Source: Candidatus Heimdallarchaeota archaeon
Lineage (GTDB): Archaea > Asgardarchaeota > Heimdallarchaeia > JABLTI01
NCBI GenBank assembly: GCA_030614005.1
Contig: JAUWKS010000021.1
Coordinates: forward strand, 1 to 32,000
Reading direction: 5' to 3'
DNA length: 32,000 nt
Shown: one piece after another, positions 8,485 to 16,643 of the stretch
How positions within the stretch are numbered: the first letter of the stretch is position 1
Layout: every line of letters begins with the position of its first letter
Program-made: the position numbers and the translations under genes
The notes under the pieces: model-generated
Databases searched by the model: none
Told to the model about the DNA's origin: nothing
The model's input: only the letters and a program-made list of their open reading frames with translations

Positions 8485-9219
8485 TTGAGCAACAATCTAG
8501 ACAATTTATTAAGCGATATTTACTCTTCAGATGGTCAAAGTCAAGGCGTAAAAGAATTAGCTATGTTAATCAACAATCTATCAAACTTACTTCTAAAATC
8601 AATTAGCCAATTGGAAAGTAGAGTGTTAAAACTTGAACAATCTTCAAGAGGAGGAGCAGTAGCTAGCAGTCCTTTAGCTCCAACTACAACTCCAGCACCC
8701 AGACCAAAAGCGGCATCACCATTTAAACCAGCAACACCAGTAAAGAGAACTCCACCACCACCTCCCCAACAGAGAGCTGCCCCTGTAACAGCCCCTGCAA
8801 AAGGAGATGGACCAAGTTCAGCATCTCAAGCAGCTTCTATGCTAGGTGCAACACTTAAACCAGCACCTAAGAAATCTCCAACTGCAAGCTCAGCAGCAAA
8901 TGGATCAGGCCCTTCATTCCTAACAGGTGTAGTGAATCCAAATGCAAGGCAAGCAGCACCAACATCAACAAGTGGAGGAGTTACCATAGATGCAGCAGCA
9001 CCAACACCAACAAGTGGAGGTATTGCAGGTCCCAGAGGCGGATTTAAAGGAGAGTTAGCTGAAAAACTTGCAAGGAGAAGAGCAAAAGTTCAGCAACAAC
9101 TTGAAGATGACTTTGATGCTCCAGAAGAAGTGATAGTTGAAGAAGAGGGCCCAAGTAGTGAATTAAAAACTGATTTGGAAGATGAACTTCGAAATGCATT
9201 TTCAAAACTAAAAGGTTAA
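8485..9219 (+). CDS. Coiled-coil, Pro/Ala-rich protein with WH2/VASP-FAB-like C-terminal helix and acidic tail
   Basis: AGGTGG (8470-8475) precedes TTG 8485. Contains an N-terminal heptad helix, PPPPP (8752-8766), 'GGFKGELAEKLARRRAKV' (9037-9090), an acidic stretch and a terminal helix. Confidence 0.55.
   Translation: MSNNLDNLLSDIYSSDGQSQGVKELAMLINNLSNLLLKSISQLESRVLKLEQSSRGGAVASSPLAPTTTPAPRPKAASPFKPATPVKRTPPPPPQQRAAPVTAPAKGDGPSSASQAASMLGATLKPAPKKSPTASSAANGSGPSFLTGVVNPNARQAAPTSTSGGVTIDAAAPTPTSGGIAGPRGGFKGELAEKLARRRAKVQQQLEDDFDAPEEVIVEEEGPSSELKTDLEDELRNAFSKLKG
8953..9021 (+). repeat. Short intragenic direct repeat (AAPT[S/P]TSGG x2)
   Basis: gcagcaccaacatcaacaagtggagg at 8953 and gcagcaccaacaccaacaagtggagg at 8995 differ at one base. 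Confidence 0.75.
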
Positions 9220-9228
9220 AGATATCTG

Positions 9229-9960
9229 ATGAAGCAAAAAAAAGTTATTTGTTTGATAAGTGATGGGTTAGATTCACCTGTCGCAACTTTTCTTCTTGAA
9301 CAAAAAAGCCTACATGTAATAGGCATTCATTTTAATAATCAACCTTTTGTGGGAAAAGCAAAACACGTGAAAAGCAATGTGCAACCTTCAGAAGATCCTA
9401 TACCTAGTAAGCTACTTTTTTCTCGGCAAATAGAACCAATTGCATACAAATTAGTACATGCTTTTCAAAGTCAAAAATCATTTCAACTCTATATTGTACC
9501 ACATGGCGAAGATTTAGCCGAAATAATCAAGACTTCCGGAGATGAAAAAATAACTTGTATTCTCTGTAAACGATTGATGTTAAAAAAAGCCGAACATTTC
9601 GCCAATCAAGTGGGAGCTACTTTGATTGCTACCGGGGATATTTTAGGAGAACAAGCAAGTCAAACTATTGATACGCTAAAACTTATCGAGAGTTCACTTT
9701 CAAATACAAGACTAATTCGACCAAATATTGGTTTAAATAAAGAGGAAGTGATAGCCATTTCTAGAAAGATAGGAACATATCAACATTCTGAATTAGCCGC
9801 TAAGTTCACTTGCACAGCTGTTCCAACAAAACCATCTACAAAAGCAGCAGATGAAAGAATTGCCTTAGCTGAGGCAAAATTGAATTTTGATAAAATGATT
9901 GAGAAAAGCTGGGCAAGAGCAACAATGATAACCATTTCTGAATCTAGTTCGCAAAATTAG
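9229..9960 (+). CDS. ThiI-family PP-loop sulfurtransferase domain lacking THUMP
   Basis: Motifs 'LISDGLDSPVA', 'CILCKRLM', 'TGDILGEQASQT' and 'RPNIGLNKEEVIAISRKIGTY'. No NFLD/THUMP N-terminus. Confidence 0.8.
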   Translation: MKQKKVICLISDGLDSPVATFLLEQKSLHVIGIHFNNQPFVGKAKHVKSNVQPSEDPIPSKLLFSRQIEPIAYKLVHAFQSQKSFQLYIVPHGEDLAEIIKTSGDEKITCILCKRLMLKKAEHFANQVGATLIATGDILGEQASQTIDTLKLIESSLSNTRLIRPNIGLNKEEVIAISRKIGTYQHSELAAKFTCTAVPTKPSTKAADERIALAEAKLNFDKMIEKSWARATMITISESSSQN

Positions 9961-10190
9961 CTGATAAAAAAGCATTTATCAAATGTTTCAGACAAAAAAA
10001 TATTTTAATAGATATTAAATCTGTATTATAATGGGAATAATATCTTTGCTAAAGTTCAAATACTAGCAAAGAGTTCAATCGAAGAACTAAAAACTTTCAT
10101 CTAAAATAGTCAAATATTTCATTGGTACATAGAGAAAGTTTTTTGAATGAGTATAAGAAAGAAGGTTCAATAAAAGAGGATGATGATTAA

Positions 10191-10604
10191 TTGAAAGGAA
10201 TTATTACAGCTTCCAAACTTGTCTCATCTCCTAAGGAGATAGCTTTTCCGGATTCCGTTATGACTAACCTAGAAGAATTAAGCGGAGAAAGTGGAAAGAT
10301 TTTGATTGTTTATGCTTCTAACGTTAAAGCAATTTATTTCTTTTCTGTGGAATCGGAAGTAATTAAAATTGGCATTAAAATTTATCCATTAACATCTAGA
10401 ATTGTTGCTAAGATAATGGCTAAAATCAACGAATTCGCAAATAAGATAACTTATTCAACAGGTCTTTGTCTAGTAGATGATGTCTGTGTCTGGGAAGGAT
10501 TTCTTGAAACCCGTCATCTCACTCGATCTAAAGAAGAAGTCAAAAACCTTCTGAAAGAAATTGAAGAAGTTCAAGATGTTGCAATCGAAGAAGTACCTCA
10601 TTAG
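10191..10604 (+). CDS. AbrB-like/ACT-like protein with YSTGLC motif (paralog of 16066..16506)
   Basis: TTG start after GAGGA/TGATG. The C-terminal beta/alpha pattern is ACT-like and contains 'YSTGLCLVDDVCVWEGF'. Confidence 0.55.
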   Translation: MKGIITASKLVSSPKEIAFPDSVMTNLEELSGESGKILIVYASNVKAIYFFSVESEVIKIGIKIYPLTSRIVAKIMAKINEFANKITYSTGLCLVDDVCVWEGFLETRHLTRSKEEVKNLLKEIEEVQDVAIEEVPH

Positions 10605-10747
10605 AGGTTTTTTCTTTTACTTTTCAAATTTATTATTTTTCCATTTCTTTATTTATTTACAGTCATGCTTAGGTAAAATCATTTTAGGCAGAAACATATA
10701 ATTGCTTTAGATGACATTTGAACAAAAGCAGCTTGAGATGTTCTCTG

Positions 10748-11743
10748 ATGAATCGTACAATAAAAGATGTTGGTGAAAGATCTCTACTAAAGATGTTCGA
10801 AGAACTAATTGATGCTGGAGATTTACCTTTTAATGATGACGCAGTTGCTTTTTCGCTTTCTGAAAATTTATCCCTAGTAATAAACATTGATACCTTTGTA
10901 GCAAAAACAGATGCACCACCAGAAATGTCACCGTATCAAATGGGAGCAAAAACTACTACGATGTCTATAAGTGATCTAGGAGCAAAAGGAGTACAGCCAC
11001 TATTCACACTGGCTTCAGGTGCTTTCCCTTCTGATTTCGAAGTTGAAAAAACTGTTGAAATAGTTAAAGGAATAAAAGAAACTTCAAACAATTACGGTGC
11101 TAAATATCTCGGTGGAGATACCAATGAAGCTGATGATATCATTTTATCAGTAGTAAGTGCAGGAACAGCAAACAAAAACAAACTCATAAAACGAAATGGT
11201 GCACAAATTGGAGATAGTATATTCACAACAGGATATTTTGGATTTACGGGTGCAGGATTTAAAGTGTTTTTAGAGCAATTCAAAGCAAGAGATTTGCATT
11301 TAACAAAATTCAAAGAAGCGGTCTATAATCCAAAAGCTCGCTTGAAGGAAGGATTACTTTTAGCAAAATATGGTAAAATTTCTAGTTGTATTGATAGTAG
11401 TGATGGATTAGCTTGGTGCTTGATGGAAATTCTTCGAGGAAAAGATCAGTTTGGAATAACTATTGATAATATACCAATTGATGAAACTGTAATAGAATTT
11501 GCAAAAGAAAATAATTTGAATGTTTACGAATTAGCACTATATGCAGGTGAAGAATTTGAATTGGTTTTTACTGTTAACCCTAAAAATTTGGATGACCTTA
11601 ATTCCTTTATGAAAAGAAATGGTGTTAAGATATTTCCTTTAGGAAAAATAGTTAAAAATTCAACAAATAAAATACTACTTGAAACAGAAAGTGAAATAAT
11701 GGAAATTCAACCAAAAGGGTGGCAACATTTCTCTGATAGATAA
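10748..11743 (+). CDS. thiL: Thiamine-monophosphate kinase
   Basis: Motifs 'DVGERSLL', 'NIDTFV', 'SISDLGAKG', 'LGGDTN', 'IDSSDGL' and 'ALYAGEEFELVFT'. ORF opens at 10718; I prefer ATG 10748. Confidence 0.93.
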   Translation: MNRTIKDVGERSLLKMFEELIDAGDLPFNDDAVAFSLSENLSLVINIDTFVAKTDAPPEMSPYQMGAKTTTMSISDLGAKGVQPLFTLASGAFPSDFEVEKTVEIVKGIKETSNNYGAKYLGGDTNEADDIILSVVSAGTANKNKLIKRNGAQIGDSIFTTGYFGFTGAGFKVFLEQFKARDLHLTKFKEAVYNPKARLKEGLLLAKYGKISSCIDSSDGLAWCLMEILRGKDQFGITIDNIPIDETVIEFAKENNLNVYELALYAGEEFELVFTVNPKNLDDLNSFMKRNGVKIFPLGKIVKNSTNKILLETESEIMEIQPKGWQHFSDR

Positions 11744-11779
11744 TAGAAGTAGAAAGTTAATTAAACCAAATCTCTGTGT

Positions 11780-13111
11780 TTGAAAAATATGATAGAAGTT
11801 GCTAAGAATATTTTGACCGAACAATATCTTTGTACACATTGCTTGGGAAGACAATTCGCTTTACTAGGATATGGGTTGTCAGACAAAGAAAGAGGGGAGA
11901 TAATTCAGAACGCTTTGGTCATGGAATATTACGAACAAATTGGTAGTGATGAAAAGATATCGCTGATGATAAAAAATATCTCAAAGTGTAATAATGAATT
12001 AGCAATAAGATCCTATCATAAAGCAACGAAAGAGAAAATAGAACAAGATAAAATTACTTGTGAATTATGTGACGGATTATTTGATAAACTTCCGAATTTT
12101 GTATCAGAGATAAAGCAACTATTACTCAAAGAAGATTACCAAAGTTTTCTTATTGGAGCAATATTTCCAGCAAATCTGATTGAAAGAGAAGACAATTTTA
12201 GGGCTAAATATAGTATTACTACTAGTGAAACAATGAAAGAGGAGTTTACTCGAGAGATAGGAAAAAGTTTTGGTAATGAGACAGGAAAGATTCCAAGTTT
12301 CGATTTGCCTGATATGACAATTATCATAGATTTGCAATCCAATAAAATAAAGCTTGAAAAAAGATCACTCTATATTTACGGAAGATATCGAAAATTTATA
12401 CGAACTATTCCACAAACAAGATGGCCTTGTTGGGAGTGTGATAGTAAAGGATGTCAAAAATGTAATTTTACCGGAAAAATGTATCAAGAAAGTGTTGAAG
12501 AATTAATTGCAGAACCAATTATCAAAATTACTGGTGGTACAGGTTCCAAATTCCATGGAGCAGGTAGAGAAGATATTGATGCATTAATGTTAGGAAATGG
12601 CAGACCATTTGTTCTTGAAATTCAAGACCCAAATATTAGATCTATAAACCTAAAAAGAATTGAAAAAATAGTGAACAGAAAGGCAAGAGGCAAAGTAAAA
12701 GTTGGGCATCTAGTGATTAGTAATAAAAAGAAATTGCAACATATAAAAAACTCATCAACAAAAACCAGAAAAACGTATCGAGCTAAAATTGCCCTTGAAA
12801 AAGAGATTTCTTCTGAACTAGTACTAAAAATTGTTCAAGAATTACAAGGAACAGTGATTAAACAAAAAACACCACAAAGAGTAATGCATCGAAGAGCTAA
12901 TCTTGAAAGGCCCAGAACTGTATATGAAATTAAAGTTAAAAAAACGGGAGAAAAAGAAATTGAAGCAGAAATTACTGGGCAAGGAGGATTATATATTAAG
13001 GAATTAATCTCTGGTGATGAGGGTAGAACCCAACCTAGTTTTAGTAGTATTGTCGGTTTTAATGCTAAATGCTATCAATTAGATGTAATAAGATTGCATT
13101 ACGAAGATTAA
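11780..13111 (+). CDS. pus10: tRNA pseudouridine(54/55) synthase Pus10
   Basis: N-terminal 'LCTHCLGRQFA', then 'IYGRYRKFIRTIPQTRW', catalytic 'FHGAGREDIDALMLGNGRPFVLE', 'QKTPQRVMHRRA' and 'GGLYIKELISGDEGRTQPS'. Confidence 0.96.
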   Translation: MKNMIEVAKNILTEQYLCTHCLGRQFALLGYGLSDKERGEIIQNALVMEYYEQIGSDEKISLMIKNISKCNNELAIRSYHKATKEKIEQDKITCELCDGLFDKLPNFVSEIKQLLLKEDYQSFLIGAIFPANLIEREDNFRAKYSITTSETMKEEFTREIGKSFGNETGKIPSFDLPDMTIIIDLQSNKIKLEKRSLYIYGRYRKFIRTIPQTRWPCWECDSKGCQKCNFTGKMYQESVEELIAEPIIKITGGTGSKFHGAGREDIDALMLGNGRPFVLEIQDPNIRSINLKRIEKIVNRKARGKVKVGHLVISNKKKLQHIKNSSTKTRKTYRAKIALEKEISSELVLKIVQELQGTVIKQKTPQRVMHRRANLERPRTVYEIKVKKTGEKEIEAEITGQGGLYIKELISGDEGRTQPSFSSIVGFNAKCYQLDVIRLHYED

Positions 13112-13122
13112 TTATGGTTGTG

Positions 13123-13569
13123 TTAAGACAACCATTCATCCATTAAATTTGAATATAATTCATCTTTCACCTTTACTTCTTCGTATTTTTCTGTTCGTTC
13201 AGCAATTTCTCGAGCCAATAAATGATAACACGAAGGTATCTCTCTGCGATAAAGAGCATTAAATAAAAAATCCTTACAGGAACAATATGTATGCTCAATA
13301 ACGAGATAATCTTTTTCTTTTCCTCCTGTAACTACCCACCGTGTTATGCCAGATGGTGTGAAGGTGTATTTATGAACTCTTTTTTCACCAACAAGTTCCA
13401 AGGCTTTTTTTACTCTATCACCAAAGATAGATTCAAGTCGCTCGATATCCTCTAAACTTAACCGGCTATCTTTCTTTAATTGCAAAACTATTTCTGGAAA
13501 CACCTCAAAGACTTTCGATTTTTTAATTCGCTTGGGTGATTTTCCTTTGATGTTGAGAGATTTTGACAA
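13123..13569 (-). CDS. SWIM zinc-finger protein
   Basis: 'YCSCKDF...SCYHLLA' fits CxC-x(n)-CxH, preceded by a 'WVVTG...DYLV' beta hairpin. Confidence 0.85.
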   Translation of the reverse strand: MSKSLNIKGKSPKRIKKSKVFEVFPEIVLQLKKDSRLSLEDIERLESIFGDRVKKALELVGEKRVHKYTFTPSGITRWVVTGGKEKDYLVIEHTYCSCKDFLFNALYRREIPSCYHLLAREIAERTEKYEEVKVKDELYSNLMDEWLS

Positions 13570-13615
13570 TTTGTAGATAGCTCCTAGTATATCTGTATCA
13601 ATTGAAGGTCATAAA

Positions 13616-14473
13616 CTAATCGCTGGATTTCTTATCTTTCTTCTGAAGAAGGATTGCCTCTTCAATACTAATTACGCCGCTAGCAACTTTTCTTGCTAAC
13701 TCTTTTGTAACAGTTACATCTCCTTTAGAAAATTGTCTTGAAAGAATTTGTATTTGTTTTAATTCACCATCAGATACTAACCATTTTTCAACGCAGTTTA
13801 CACTTTCTCCTAAACGAAAAGCAATTTCCATAGCTGCTGTTGCATCTTTACCACCTTTGATTTCAACACCATCTCTAGCACCATTTTTCAAAGCTGCTTT
13901 TGCTGTTTCACTGTTCATTGGTGTGGTTTCTAATTCATCGACTACTTCTAAATCAACATCATTTGGTTTAGCATGGAGCAACTCATTCATTAATAAAACT
14001 CTACGATAACCACCTGTAGAACCCAAACGAATTAATGCCATTTTTGCTGGTGTTGTCTTAATTGAAGTAATTACATAATTTACTGCTTCTTTTATACTTC
14101 TAGTTTCTAAGGTTGCACGAACACAACCGTCTGCTATTACAGCTACTCCAATGGTCATGCCAGGATCTACGCCCACTATTACTGAGTCCCATATACGTTT
14201 GCCTTCTAACCCCAAAATAATTGTTGATATTGCTAAGTCAATGTTACCTGTTTCTACCCTAGTTAAAACTACTTTTTGAGGGTAAGTTGTAGGTTTGATT
14301 GTTTCTTCCCTTTCAGTTGTTACTACAACAATTGAACCCTCGGATGGTTGGTCACCAGGAGATATGTGTTCAACTGAGAAACCACCCTTGGTTAACCTCT
14401 CTCTAAGTAGATGACATAACCGAAAATCCATAGTTGCAAGAGAAATTAACAACACAACACCTTCAATAAACAA
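13616..14473 (-). CDS. Conserved hypothetical protein with RNase H-like (YqgF/RuvC-like) domain
   Basis: 'VIVGVDPGMTIGVAVIADG', later 'IRLGS' and 'EVVDELETT', plus a C-terminal helical extension. Confidence 0.6.
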   Translation of the reverse strand: MFIEGVVLLISLATMDFRLCHLLRERLTKGGFSVEHISPGDQPSEGSIVVVTTEREETIKPTTYPQKVVLTRVETGNIDLAISTIILGLEGKRIWDSVIVGVDPGMTIGVAVIADGCVRATLETRSIKEAVNYVITSIKTTPAKMALIRLGSTGGYRRVLLMNELLHAKPNDVDLEVVDELETTPMNSETAKAALKNGARDGVEIKGGKDATAAMEIAFRLGESVNCVEKWLVSDGELKQIQILSRQFSKGDVTVTKELARKVASGVISIEEAILLQKKDKKSSD

Positions 14474-14627
14474 TCAAGTTATTTTTAAGTAATTAATAAT
14501 ATTAAAGACTATTTCTTTCTTGAAAAACAACAATTAAATGAATGATACTGAAAGAATATTTAAGCAAGAACAAATTAATAGTCAAAGAGAAATATTTTTG
14601 TGTATATCAGAAAACGTGGAATTAAGA

Positions 14628-15308
14628 ATGGTAAAAATTACTTATCCTCTTTTATTAGTAAACTTCAAAACGTATAGTCAAGCTACGGGAAAAAAAGCTT
14701 TTGAGTTAGCGAAAATTTGTGAAAAAGTAATGAAAGAAACTAGCGTTTGTGTTGCTGCTGCAGTGCAAGCAACAGATATTCGAATGATTGCTTCTGAAGT
14801 AGAAATTCCCATTTTCGCTCAACATATTGACCCAATAAAACCTGGAAGTAATACTGGTCAAACAATGATTGATACAGTGAAAGAGGCAGGGGCAATTGGA
14901 ACTCTGATCAATCACAGTGAAAGGAGAATAAAACTTTCAAGCATAGATGAAATATTGATGCTAACAAAAGCACATAATCTTTTCTCATGTGTCTGTGCAA
15001 GTACACCACGAATAGCAGGTGCTGTGGCATCCTTGGACCCTAATTGCTGTGCAACAGAACCTCCAGAGTTAATTGGTTCCGGAATATCCGTAAGCACTGC
15101 TCAACCAGAAATTATTACTGAAACCGTTAATATAATAGCTAAAATCAATCCATCAGTTGTTTCGCTTTGTGGGGCAGGAATTACTAATAGTCAAGATGTT
15201 AAAATTGCACTTGAATTAGGAACTAAAGGAATACTCGTGGCTTCGGGGGTAGTAAAAGCTACTGATCCAGAAAAAGTACTTATGGAAATGGCTTTGATTA
15301 CAAAATAA
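14628..15308 (+). CDS. tpiA: Triosephosphate isomerase (archaeal type)
   Basis: Motifs 'VNFKTY', 'FAQHID', 'LINHSERR', 'EPPELIGSG', 'LCGAGI' and 'GILVASGVVKA'. ORF opens at 14538; I prefer ATG 14628. Confidence 0.96.
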   Translation: MVKITYPLLLVNFKTYSQATGKKAFELAKICEKVMKETSVCVAAAVQATDIRMIASEVEIPIFAQHIDPIKPGSNTGQTMIDTVKEAGAIGTLINHSERRIKLSSIDEILMLTKAHNLFSCVCASTPRIAGAVASLDPNCCATEPPELIGSGISVSTAQPEIITETVNIIAKINPSVVSLCGAGITNSQDVKIALELGTKGILVASGVVKATDPEKVLMEMALITK

Positions 15309-15466
15309 GGAAAATTACTGGAAAAAAGATTAGTCAAAAAAAATCATTAGAAAAATATCTATAATAATAATACTTAATAAGCGGAAAAAATCAGAAGAAA
15401 TAACTCTGAGAGAATATGATATATAAATATTAATTGACTTTAATTACCTTGTATCATATTATAATA

Positions 15467-15994
15467 ATGGAGGTTCTAGCAGTGCCAGAAGAAATTAAAC
15501 TTCAAATTCCAGTCAAAATTGCTGAATTTATTGATAAACTAACTAAAGATGGGTATTTTAATTCGCGAGAGGATTTTGTTCGATGCTCTGTAGAAATTGT
15601 TGCTCAGCTCTACGGTCTTTCTAAAACATCGAAAGGTGGTAAAGCATTATTAGATGTTCTAGCTGACAATGAACTAACAAAAGCAAAACCAGCAAAAAAA
15701 GTTGAAGCAACCAAACGAACAACCCCAGTCACACCTAAACCATTACCAAAGAAAAAATCATCCGAACCTCTTTCAGCGGATGACTGTGATGTGATTGATC
15801 TATTTGCAGGAATGAAATTTGAATTTGAAGATGCTTTGCATGCTAGATATACAATGGAATTGATGAAACAAGCGAAAGCTCCAATACCTAAAGAACAATT
15901 TCTCGGAATATTAGCAAAGCTCCAAGCAAATGGTAATATTGAAAAGAGCGAACATAACAAAAAAGTCGTTTGGAAATTTATTGAAGGATATTAG
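15467..15994 (+). CDS. Ribbon-helix-helix (CopG/Arc/MetJ) protein with Lys/Pro linker and C-terminal winged-helix-like domain
   Basis: N-terminal 'IKLQIPVKIAEFIDKLTKDGYFNSREDFVR' is a typical archaeal RHH. The C-terminus ends 'ILAKLQANGNIEKSEHNKKVVWKF', suggesting helix plus wing. Confidence 0.65.
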   Translation: MEVLAVPEEIKLQIPVKIAEFIDKLTKDGYFNSREDFVRCSVEIVAQLYGLSKTSKGGKALLDVLADNELTKAKPAKKVEATKRTTPVTPKPLPKKKSSEPLSADDCDVIDLFAGMKFEFEDALHARYTMELMKQAKAPIPKEQFLGILAKLQANGNIEKSEHNKKVVWKFIEGY

Positions 15995-16009
15995 TTAATT
16001 AAATAAATA

Positions 16010-16033
16010 GCTAGCTTTTTTCTGGAAGCTAGC
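16010..16033. terminator. Inverted repeat between convergent genes
   Basis: GCTAGCTT (16010-16017) and AAGCTAGC (16026-16033) form an 8-bp stem with an 8-nt loop between two stop codons. Confidence 0.5.
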
Positions 16034-16065
16034 ACTACATTCCCTTTTTATAATTAAAAAAACAT

Positions 16066-16506
16066 TCATTCTACTACTAAAACTGATATATCTACTCCAG
16101 ATATCCCTTCTATGGTCATAATATCTTTCTTTAATGCCTCTATATCGATTCTATCAAATTCTTCTGCATCAATGTAGCCATCAAATACACACGTATCTTC
16201 TAGAAAACACAAGCCAGTTGAATAAAGCGCTTTTAGACCTAAAGTTAAAAATATGTTACCAATTCTCTTTAGAAAATCAGGAGTTAACTGTCCTATATCA
16301 ATTGCTATTTTATACACCTTACTTGTCGTAGTAGGAATAATACGAATAATCTTGGTATTTGGTGTCAGTATAATTACAGCATAATTTCCAATCTCTGGTT
16401 TAAGTGCTTCAAGAAAATCAGCACTAAGTTGTAAAGATTTTTCTGACTCGAGTTTAAACATGCGCGCCATTGTTATTTGAAGGATTTCGTCTTTTTTCTT
16501 GACCAT
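16066..16506 (-). CDS. AbrB-like/ACT-like protein with YSTGLC motif (paralog of 10191..10604)
   Basis: Contains 'LYSTGLCFLEDTCVFDGYI' and has the same length and layout as its paralog. Confidence 0.55.
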   Translation of the reverse strand: MVKKKDEILQITMARMFKLESEKSLQLSADFLEALKPEIGNYAVIILTPNTKIIRIIPTTTSKVYKIAIDIGQLTPDFLKRIGNIFLTLGLKALYSTGLCFLEDTCVFDGYIDAEEFDRIDIEALKKDIMTIEGISGVDISVLVVE

Positions 16507-16643
16507 CTTTTTGTGCCTCTCATTAAGATACTAATTTTGAGAAATAACAATAATTCTCAATGATTCTTGATATATTTCTAGTTATCAGTTAAAAAACCAA
16601 GTAATTAAATAATTCCTAGAAAATTTAATTTTTGTCGTTCTTT

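Noticed and set aside
14538-14627. 30-aa N-terminal extension on TPI, and similar extensions on ThiL and Rpo5 in the ORF track
   Set aside because: These come from the longest-ORF choice. Downstream ATGs align with the normal family N-termini.
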